Below, piece after piece: positions 37,014 through 44,768 of a stretch of 64,000 bases of DNA (its first letter is position 1; each line of letters begins with the position of its first letter). Source of the DNA: a virus. A model generated the notes under the pieces. That model was given only the letters and a program-made list of their open reading frames with translations. It was not told the origin of the DNA and did no database searches. Both the position numbers and the translations under genes were made by a program. Location: IMG/VR virus record IMGVR_UViG_3300022928_001147, positions 1 through 64,000 of that record; one strand, written 5' to 3'.

Positions 37014-38187
37014 ACTTGTCGAGTCCCATTTCTTGGAAACTATACTTCCAGTCTATTTTTCTTACAGCATCTAAGTCATCTAAATATTGCATTAATGTTG
37101 TACCGTGCTCTTCCCACAAATCTTTTTCCATCATATGATTAATATAAAAAGGAAAATCTTCGCGGTCTCGCTCTTTAAAGTCATAATTATTAATCTTGTT
37201 TAGTATAACATCTTTTATGTCTTTGGGCAAGTTCTGTGCGCTCATATGTATAGGCCATTCTACATGATTACAGAATAAAAACTTGATATTTGGAAATTCT
37301 TTTCGAATTATGTCATAAGTTTCTACAAGATAGAACATACTTACATTAGAACAAGTCCATTGTACACCTACATCGAAGTTAGGTTTTCCTTTAATAAACT
37401 TATCTATTAATCGTAGCTGTTCAACATACACATCCCACTTAATTGGAAATCTAAAATATTCGCCTGCTCGCTCTAGTGCATCAACGCTTAAACGTAATAC
37501 TACTGATTTAAACTTGCTCAACTGTTCCAATCTGTCTTCTGTAATTAATGTACCATTACTAACATATGCTAAATTTACATCTTTAGCATATTCTGTTTCA
37601 GATAAATCTTTTAAAAATTCATTATGTCGTTTATTAGCAAAACTTTCGCCGCCAAGAAAATTATAGCGTTTTGTTTGATGCCATGTATTCCGTAAATGGT
37701 TCCAAAAGCCGTGTTCTTGTTCGATCCATTTATTGTTAATTTGATAATTTTCAGTGTTAGGATACTTGTCTAATAGCGCCTTGTCTTCTTGCCACTTGCT
37801 GCTTGCTCCTGTGCCACAGTGGATACATTTTAGATTACAAATCATACCAGTACGAACATCGATGTGAGGTGGCTCATATGGCACGCTTCCGTCATCTGCT
37901 GTTTGATCTATAAGATGCTTATATTGATCATACCAAAATCCGTTTTCATCCATACGTTTACTAATGCCATCAAGACTTTCTACGTACTTACATCGCTTAC
38001 AATTTTCAGGCCATTCGCCGTTTAAGAAATCTTTTCTAATTTCTTTAAAATATTCGCTGTTCCATTCAGTTGATATGTCACTGTCTTTAAGTTTTGTTGG
38101 AGTTTTTACGCCGCTGTAACCACATACTCGAGGTCGACCAAACGTATTAGTACTAAAATTTATCCAGGGAAGTATGCATGGTTTCAT
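37000..38187 (-). CDS. Radical SAM enzyme, N-terminal twitch domain (subfamily A)
   Basis: PCILPW..RVC..CKRC; CNLKCIHC; LGGE. Confidence 0.9.
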   Translation of the reverse strand: MKPCILPWINFSTNTFGRPRVCGYSGVKTPTKLKDSDISTEWNSEYFKEIRKDFLNGEWPENCKRCKYVESLDGISKRMDENGFWYDQYKHLIDQTADDGSVPYEPPHIDVRTGMICNLKCIHCGTGASSKWQEDKALLDKYPNTENYQINNKWIEQEHGFWNHLRNTWHQTKRYNFLGGESFANKRHNEFLKDLSETEYAKDVNLAYVSNGTLITEDRLEQLSKFKSVVLRLSVDALERAGEYFRFPIKWDVYVEQLRLIDKFIKGKPNFDVGVQWTCSNVSMFYLVETYDIIRKEFPNIKFLFCNHVEWPIHMSAQNLPKDIKDVILNKINNYDFKERDREDFPFYINHMMEKDLWEEHGTTLMQYLDDLDAVRKIDWKYSFQEMGLDKYDPR

Positions 38188-38192
38188 AATGA

Positions 38193-38221
38193 TATTTATA
38201 TGCGTAGTTTATATATAAGTA
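38193..38221. promoter_or_regulatory. Divergent late-type promoters, both probably leaderless
   Basis: Minus strand (T)ATAAATA 38199-38193, then 5 nt, then ATG 38187; plus strand ATAAGTA 38215-38221, then 5 nt, then ATG 38227. Confidence 0.65.
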
Positions 38222-38226
38222 GTATT

Positions 38227-39081
38227 ATGAGAGACAGTGTAAACAGAGAATATACCGCAGAATGGTTGCAACATGAGCGACCGCAACCAATGTATGATAG
38301 TGATATCAATAAATTTTATGATAATTTTTATCAAAATAATCCAGTACACACTCAAGACTTAGACAATATTTTTAAGTCTAAATTTACGCAATGGATTAGT
38401 GATCACAAATTTAGTAAATTTGAAGGTCTAGATGCGTTTCCTAGACTAGATATTATAAATGGCTGTACACAATTCATTGACGATCTATATCAGCGATGCG
38501 GAACATTACAAATATTCGAAAACGATTACAAATATCACTGGCGATTAAATCCTAATATAGTATATACTACTATTGAGACATTAGATCCGTCTAAAGAATT
38601 GCTTATTTCAATGCCGTTTCCGTATTACGGAGACGAACACCCTGACATGCAAGCAATATTAAATGAATGCCAGCGACTGCATATTCCTGTACACATCGAC
38701 GGTGCATGGATAAGTTGTATCCGCGACATTCATTTTAATTTTGATCATCCGGCTATTAAAACTGTAGGTATTAGTTTGAGTAAAGGTGGCATGGGCGGCA
38801 ATCGTATAGGTGTAAGATATGCTAGAAACACGCCCGAAGGTGCTGTAACTATCATGAATGACTTTAATATGAACAGTCAGGCACTTGTTAGCATGGGAAT
38901 TAAGTTTATCGACGAGATAGGTCCTGAATACTTCTGGAGAAAGTATGAATTAGAGTATAAACAAATATTAGTTGACTTCAATCTAGAAGGTACAAAAGCA
39001 ATACACTTAGCTAAATCTAAAGACGGAAAGCCAATTGGTGTTAGACCGTTGTTACGAGCATTAAAAACTAAAAAATTATAG
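38227..39081 (+). CDS. PLP-dependent fold-type I enzyme (aminotransferase/aldolase-like)
   Basis: PVHIDGAW (PLP Asp), SLSKG (Schiff-base Lys), NRIG. Confidence 0.7.
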   Translation: MRDSVNREYTAEWLQHERPQPMYDSDINKFYDNFYQNNPVHTQDLDNIFKSKFTQWISDHKFSKFEGLDAFPRLDIINGCTQFIDDLYQRCGTLQIFENDYKYHWRLNPNIVYTTIETLDPSKELLISMPFPYYGDEHPDMQAILNECQRLHIPVHIDGAWISCIRDIHFNFDHPAIKTVGISLSKGGMGGNRIGVRYARNTPEGAVTIMNDFNMNSQALVSMGIKFIDEIGPEYFWRKYELEYKQILVDFNLEGTKAIHLAKSKDGKPIGVRPLLRALKTKKL

Positions 39082-40113
39082 TTTCTCTACGGTGTGGTTT
39101 CCTATCGAAATACTATTTTTTGTGCAAGTCTGTGAACAACGTAGTAATCTATCTTTGCATCCCGTACCGTGTATTTCTGTTTGCCAGCTATCATACAAAT
39201 CTTCAGTATAAAATTTAGAATTTAAAATATCGCTAAATGTATAATAGTGTACATTATTCCAATTCTTACCGTAGTTACCTTCAAACCGTTGCTTAGTTTC
39301 ATCTAATGTTCCTAAATGTATCCAACTCGAATTATGTAAAAAACAGCACGGCCAGACGTTGCCGTTAAATCCAATAAAGTACATTGCAGATTCTCGAGAA
39401 AAACATTCTATCTTATTACCTGCACTTTTTTGTTCGGCTTTCACTATTAGTCGTTGCCAAGTTGGTTTCCATTCTGGACGTACAAAACCGTTATCAATTT
39501 CTATTGCACTTACTGACTGTGCCCTATCATGTCTATATTTAAATGACCTAAAATTCATTTCTGCTGCTAATTCTTTTGCTTCTTCGATTTGATGTGCATT
39601 CCAATCGAATACAATATATTGCCACGCTGCATTGCCTCCTGCTGCTATAAAAGCAGCAGCATTTTCCATAATTTTGTTCCAGTTAGATCCCCGACGGTAT
39701 AAATGGTTAGTGTCAGACAATCCGTCTATATTAAATTTTACTTTAGAATGTGGTATATCTTTAGTTAGTTTTGCAACTTCTTTCCAAAATTCAGGAGTAC
39801 GCAAACTTCCATTAGTATGTACATCTGCAGGTATTTCTTTTTTTCGTAAAAATTTTAACATATCTAAGAACTGAGGATGCATAGCAGGATCATCTATTGT
39901 TCCACAAAATTCTATTATTTCTAATTCATTACATACAGGGTCTTCAATTATGTCTTTAAACTTTTCTAAAGTCAAGAATTCGTTTTTAGGAATAAGAGGA
40001 TTACCTTTCATGCTGTACGTTTGTTCGTCAGTTCTTGAACAGCCTGTACAGTTTAAATTACAGTTAGAACTAATTTCAAACTGCAATACTTTTGGTTTTC
40101 TTACATAATGCAT
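39076..40113 (-). CDS. Radical SAM enzyme, C-terminal SPASM/twitch (subfamily C)
   Basis: FEISSNCNLNCTGC, CG..DDP, TNGS, IDGL.DTNH.YR, WPCC...C...C. Confidence 0.9.
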   Translation of the reverse strand: MHYVRKPKVLQFEISSNCNLNCTGCSRTDEQTYSMKGNPLIPKNEFLTLEKFKDIIEDPVCNELEIIEFCGTIDDPAMHPQFLDMLKFLRKKEIPADVHTNGSLRTPEFWKEVAKLTKDIPHSKVKFNIDGLSDTNHLYRRGSNWNKIMENAAAFIAAGGNAAWQYIVFDWNAHQIEEAKELAAEMNFRSFKYRHDRAQSVSAIEIDNGFVRPEWKPTWQRLIVKAEQKSAGNKIECFSRESAMYFIGFNGNVWPCCFLHNSSWIHLGTLDETKQRFEGNYGKNWNNVHYYTFSDILNSKFYTEDLYDSWQTEIHGTGCKDRLLRCSQTCTKNSISIGNHTVEKL

Positions 40114-41177
40114 TATTTAAATTGCTCCGCAAACGGATCAAACTCAGCGCCGCATTTCATAGCACAGACTTTTAGTTTGCCATCACTGCAACTTGGTTTA
40201 TTCCAACTGTCTTGTATCCTATCAAACACACCTGTAGCAAATACTTGTTCAAGACCGTTACGTGCATCGAGTGCTTCTTTGTCAATAAAGTTCCAAATCT
40301 GTTCTACTTTAGGATCCTTATGCCACCATTTGTACATGCGGCCAGCAGTCCAACAACATGGCATTGCAAGTCCTTCTGCTGTGATAAACAAACTGTTGTC
40401 TTTTTTAACTTTACAAATGACAGGAGCAGCATCATAATATGCATCCATGCTGCCGTATTTGTTAATAATTACGTCTTGTTTTTTTAATGCAGCATTTTGA
40501 TATTTTTCATCAGGTTTTTTAAGTTCAGCTGTATCATTACCTTTACGATCTTTAGCTTGATGATTATCTTTAGGATCAACTTTAGATGTTACAAAGCGAC
40601 CTGTTTTCTTTTTTATAAACTTTTCGCAGCCCCATTCAGTAGCAAGGGCTTCTGCTTCTTCTACTTGATGCTGATTGTGTTCAAATATTAAAAAGTCCCA
40701 ACGTGCTCTACCGCCAGCATCGATAAACGCTCGCATATTGCGTTCTACGTTGTCCCAATTAACACCTTGGCGATAGATGTGATTAGTATCCCTGAGGCCG
40801 TCAACGCTGAAAATAACAGCACCCATTCTACCAAAAGTAGCAGCCAATTCTCTCCACCATGTTTCATTTTTTGCTCCTGCATTTGTATTCATCGAGAGCC
40901 ACATGTTAGGATTGTGTTCTCTAAAATATTTGAATATTTCAAGCGTATCACGAGCAACAATAGGATCACCTAAGTTACCGCACATATACATAGTATTAAG
41001 TTGTTGTATAAACTCAGGAAGAAATATCTTTTTACAATCTTCTAGTGTAAGTTCATCTAAATTAATATGTGGATTTAATCCTTCTCCGTTCATATTACGA
41101 TCGCACATAGGACAACTAGCCTGACAATTTTGTGTAACTTCTAAGTGAATTGATCTTATGTCTTCGTAGTTATACAT
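40113..41177 (-). CDS. Radical SAM enzyme, C-terminal SPASM/twitch (subfamily C)
   Basis: HLEVTQNCQASCPMC, CGNLGDP, MPCCW, CAMKCG. Confidence 0.9.
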   Translation of the reverse strand: MYNYEDIRSIHLEVTQNCQASCPMCDRNMNGEGLNPHINLDELTLEDCKKIFLPEFIQQLNTMYMCGNLGDPIVARDTLEIFKYFREHNPNMWLSMNTNAGAKNETWWRELAATFGRMGAVIFSVDGLRDTNHIYRQGVNWDNVERNMRAFIDAGGRARWDFLIFEHNQHQVEEAEALATEWGCEKFIKKKTGRFVTSKVDPKDNHQAKDRKGNDTAELKKPDEKYQNAALKKQDVIINKYGSMDAYYDAAPVICKVKKDNSLFITAEGLAMPCCWTAGRMYKWWHKDPKVEQIWNFIDKEALDARNGLEQVFATGVFDRIQDSWNKPSCSDGKLKVCAMKCGAEFDPFAEQFK

Positions 41178-41208
41178 TCAGAACCTTCGTATTAAATAAT
41201 ATGCGCAC

Positions 41209-41220
41209 ATAAATATTTAT
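41209..41220. promoter_or_regulatory. Palindromic bidirectional late-type promoter
   Basis: ATAAATATTTAT reads ATAAATA on both strands, between divergent genes. Confidence 0.65.
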
Positions 41221-41247
41221 AGAAAACAAGTAGGATTTCAATTCATT

Positions 41248-41568
41248 ATGAATATATACACAATTTATGCTGACATAGTCGAAGGTAGTGATCCGAAGAC
41301 TTTTGTGTTGAACATGAAAACGTTTTTAGATGCATTGCCTACTCTACAAGCATACAGAATTACTAGAATGAAACTAGGGTTCCGTAGTATGGACTTACCT
41401 GAATTTAGAATTGATATGGAATTTTTAAATATGCAGGATCTAGACGATGCAATGACACATGTAATACGCAACGACAATGACATAGAAACCCATCATGTAG
41501 CATTTAACAGTATGGTAGATATGGAAACTATTCAACATTTTTTATATAGGGATTATCCAGATGAGTAA
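41248..41568 (+). CDS. Small alpha/beta protein (DUF6614-like)
   Basis: YRITRMKLGFRS.DLPEF.I.MEF...LD.A...H...LYRDYPD. Confidence 0.6.
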   Translation: MNIYTIYADIVEGSDPKTFVLNMKTFLDALPTLQAYRITRMKLGFRSMDLPEFRIDMEFLNMQDLDDAMTHVIRNDNDIETHHVAFNSMVDMETIQHFLYRDYPDE

Positions 41569-42769
41569 AGTTAACAGTTGGGACGAGTTTCAACCTTTAC
41601 AAGAATTATTAGTAGGTAGCGTATACGACAGTTCATTCTTTGACGAGGTTAAAAATGTTAGAGCACGAGATGCTCTTAAAAAAATTATCGACGACACGCA
41701 AGAAGATATTGATAACTTTATCGAAACTATGCACAGTCATAACATAAAAACTTATCAAGCAAGTCCTAAAGAATTGGGATATAAAGATAGTATTATGGAC
41801 TATGTTAACGAAGATGGAGAATTAGGGTACAAAAGAAACGTCGGTGATAGCAGTGAAGAAAAAGATGGATTTTGGAAAACTGGTGTGACACCTAGTTTAA
41901 TTCCAAATCCTCCATTGCAGCCACGCGATGATGCAATCGTAATGGGCAATAAGTTAGTAGTAACAGATCCGTATACCTTTGCTACTAAAAAACTTATACC
42001 TAAATATATTGAGTGGTTTGGTGAAGAAAGTTTAGACTTGTCAATTGCAAATCAACAATATTCGTTTAAGCGCAGTGATAAAAATATGCGCAATCTATTG
42101 TTAAGAAATAATATAGAGCCTACAGCAGAAAATATTTTAAAATACCAAAGCGAGCAAGACTGCCAATTAGGGTCCTTTTGCAGTCCAAACTTAACAAGAA
42201 TAGGCAAAACTTGTTTAGTTGATACTTGGCAGGTACCAGGAGTCATTGACGAATTTTTATCAATCGAACATCCAGAATTTAATTATAAACCTATTTCAAT
42301 TGGTGGCCATAATGATGCAGTGTTCAGTGTTATTAAACCTGGATTAGTTGTAGCAACACAGTATCTCGAACCGTACAAAGACATTTTTAAAGGCTGGGAT
42401 ATTATTTGGTTTGACGATCCGAGATGGGACCATGTTAAAAATTGGCTAAGACTTAAACACAAGAATCAAGGAAAATGGTGGGTGCCAGGAGAGGAAAGCA
42501 ACGACGAGTTTACGCACTTCGTCGAAAGTTTCTTGCCTAATTGGACAGGCATGGTCGAAGAAACAATTTTCGATGTTAACTGTCTTGTAGTAGACGATAA
42601 GCATGTTGTAGTAAACAGCGACAACCCTTACTTGTTAGAAAATTTACGCAAGCACAATATGGAACCTATTGTTTGTCCATTACGTCATAGATTTTTCTGG
42701 GACGGTGGATGGCACTGCTTAACCCTTGACATTAAACGTAAAGGTGGGCAAACTGACTATGGAGTCTGA
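41561..42769 (+). CDS. Amidinotransferase (glycine/inosamine amidinotransferase family)
   Basis: VNSWDEFQPL.E..VG, PRD, GH.D, FDVN, GGWHC.T.D catalytic Cys motif. Confidence 0.85.
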   Translation: MSKVNSWDEFQPLQELLVGSVYDSSFFDEVKNVRARDALKKIIDDTQEDIDNFIETMHSHNIKTYQASPKELGYKDSIMDYVNEDGELGYKRNVGDSSEEKDGFWKTGVTPSLIPNPPLQPRDDAIVMGNKLVVTDPYTFATKKLIPKYIEWFGEESLDLSIANQQYSFKRSDKNMRNLLLRNNIEPTAENILKYQSEQDCQLGSFCSPNLTRIGKTCLVDTWQVPGVIDEFLSIEHPEFNYKPISIGGHNDAVFSVIKPGLVVATQYLEPYKDIFKGWDIIWFDDPRWDHVKNWLRLKHKNQGKWWVPGEESNDEFTHFVESFLPNWTGMVEETIFDVNCLVVDDKHVVVNSDNPYLLENLRKHNMEPIVCPLRHRFFWDGGWHCLTLDIKRKGGQTDYGV

Positions 42770-43244
42770 TATTTCATCATGGATTATAGATCGACTGTCT
42801 GTTTCTCTTCCTACTTTTAATAACATGCCTGCTTGCCCATTTGCAAAGCAGGCATTATTAAGAAATCGAGTTAAAATTATTCAGCTTGATAATAAACATG
42901 ATTTTGAAGCGCAGTTAGATAAATTAACAACTATGTGGCCTGAAGATATCGAAGTAGTAGTATTAGGCACGGCTCCAAATAACATTTCTTCAGAAGAATT
43001 AACAGAACTCACTGAAACAGCAAATTCTACATTTCTTAAACAAAGAGGGTATCTTGCATTAGAAGATCATCCTCAAGAATTAGAATATGTTGAAGACTTT
43101 TGTGTAAATGAAGGAAACTGGGCTCTTATATTATTGCAAGCAAGCTCTAAGATAACCGAAGCTCGAGAAGTGTTATCGAGTCGCGGATATTACAAGAATT
43201 GGGACGACGACTATTACAAGCAAGTTGTTTTAGAGAGGGCCTAA
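42759..43244 (+). CDS. Hypothetical protein (CPFA..EDHP, DUF1415-like)
   Basis: W......CPFAK, LEDHP, LLQ....L..A...L...GYY..W. Confidence 0.6.
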   Translation: MESDISSWIIDRLSVSLPTFNNMPACPFAKQALLRNRVKIIQLDNKHDFEAQLDKLTTMWPEDIEVVVLGTAPNNISSEELTELTETANSTFLKQRGYLALEDHPQELEYVEDFCVNEGNWALILLQASSKITEAREVLSSRGYYKNWDDDYYKQVVLERA

Positions 43245-43655
43245 TTCTTCATACCCTTGTATCATTGTCTTATAGTGTGCAACCTCTCCTAAGTACAAGT
43301 ATTCAACTCCCTTACTCTTGTAATATGCACATTCATGTTCTATACTTTTAATACCTAAATATAAATTCGGATTATGATAGGTCCAAGCAAATTGATAGTC
43401 TTCTACATGTTTATCATTGTATATTCCAATCATGTTAAATGCTACTAATTCATTATTATCGTAATAGGCAATAATATCATTATTAAAATATTCTTTGTCG
43501 AAAATAGGCATAACACTCTCAAAGTTTTTATATTGACAGTATTTTTTATAGATGTTATTAAGCTGAACAACATCAATTTCATCTTTGCTTAAAAGTTTTG
43601 CGTTAGGCAAAAGGCTATAAGATGTTTCTTTTAAATTTATTCTACAGTATTTCAT
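43230..43655 (-). CDS. Arg/Leu-tRNA-protein transferase C-terminal (ATE_C/GNAT-fold)-like protein
   Basis: YY....LVAF, F.W.Y..P...LG..S..HE...K..G..YLYLG...YK. Confidence 0.65.
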   Translation of the reverse strand: MKYCRINLKETSYSLLPNAKLLSKDEIDVVQLNNIYKKYCQYKNFESVMPIFDKEYFNNDIIAYYDNNELVAFNMIGIYNDKHVEDYQFAWTYHNPNLYLGIKSIEHECAYYKSKGVEYLYLGEVAHYKTMIQGYEELGPL

Positions 43656-44551
43656 TTATTTGTTTTGTAAATTTGAACATCTGTTCCACAAACACAAGAT
43701 GTTTTAGTGCAAATTTCAGGCGCAGTAGGTAATTTATAAGTCGAGTATATATTTCCATATGGTTTTACAATTTTACAAGTTGCTCCGTAAATGTTTCCAT
43801 TTGGTTCAATATTTAAATTGTCTAATCCCATATTACATTTCCATCCAAAATAATTATTTGAACTGTTTATTAAATGTTCGCTTGTTGTTGTTTTTTCTCC
43901 ATCGACAAGGAAATCGTATCTAATAATAGATCTAATTTTAGATCGCGAAAACTTGATTTTAGCAAACTCTAACATTTCCGTAGTATAAGTAGGCAATATG
44001 CCAGTTCCATTGTGCCAGTCAGCTATCAGTTTTATTCTAACATTTATAAGCAATTTAGATTCTAATAATCTATTATAAAACTTTTTAATTTTTTCAAATT
44101 GACTCGGTGGCATCATTAGTACACATGAAATTCTGTACCGTGTATGGAGTTCTTCAAATACTTCTATAAAATGATCTTCGCTTGCAGTTTCTGTATGAAA
44201 ACTAAATCCTAATTCGTCAATAGGAGCATTAAATTTTTTCCAATAGTTTAAAGTACGACTACCGTTAGTAGTAAAAATAATTGCAGTAGGTTGCTTACTT
44301 GAGTTTACAAGATCATCACAAAACTCATGCAGTTTAGGCCATAGTGTAGGTTCGCCGCCCATAATATCAAATATTAACGGACGATATTTTCTAAATTCAT
44401 TAGACAAGTTTAAAAGAGAAGTATAATCTTCTGTCCATCTATACTTTCCGTTGTAATGGTACTCTGTGCAATAACTACAAGAATAATTACAAACTGTAGT
44501 GCAAGTGTAAGTAATACGCTTCCATTGAGGAATTATCTTAAGTTCATTCAT
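43652..44551 (-). CDS. Radical SAM enzyme, C-terminal twitch-like domain (subfamily B)
   Basis: CNYSCSYC, GGEPT, SFH.E, GWKC..G...C...C....C.C. Confidence 0.9.
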   Translation of the reverse strand: MNELKIIPQWKRITYTCTTVCNYSCSYCTEYHYNGKYRWTEDYTSLLNLSNEFRKYRPLIFDIMGGEPTLWPKLHEFCDDLVNSSKQPTAIIFTTNGSRTLNYWKKFNAPIDELGFSFHTETASEDHFIEVFEELHTRYRISCVLMMPPSQFEKIKKFYNRLLESKLLINVRIKLIADWHNGTGILPTYTTEMLEFAKIKFSRSKIRSIIRYDFLVDGEKTTTSEHLINSSNNYFGWKCNMGLDNLNIEPNGNIYGATCKIVKPYGNIYSTYKLPTAPEICTKTSCVCGTDVQIYKTNK

Positions 44552-44768
44552 CGAGTATTAACTTTATGTCTTTTCCTGGTCCAGTTTTGCTAGGCAAGTC
44601 ACCGTATTGATCTACATACCAGCTAATAACAGCTTTGTACCAGTTTTGACTATTATGGTGTGCTTGTTTATTAAACTGCCAAATATTATTGTTTGTAGCT
44701 TGCATTGTACTTAGCGCTCTTGCACTTTCCTTTTGCAATTCTCGAAGTGTTAAATTACTTGTATCCAA
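44544..44768 (-). CDS. Small hypothetical protein (74 aa)
   Basis: Coupled to both neighbours; rich in Trp, Asn and Gln. Confidence 0.75.
   Translation of the reverse strand: MDTSNLTLRELQKESARALSTMQATNNNIWQFNKQAHHNSQNWYKAVISWYVDQYGDLPSKTGPGKDIKLILDE

Noticed and set aside
41561-42769. Archaeosine synthase (ArcS/QueF-L) for dG+ formation
   Set aside because: The motifs are those of the pentein amidinotransferase family, not the TGT-like ArcS or T-fold QueF-L
20998-44551. Viperin, MoaA, PqqE or NrdG identity for the radical-SAM genes
   Set aside because: The partner genes for those pathways are absent and the architectures differ; no specific function can be assigned from sequence alone
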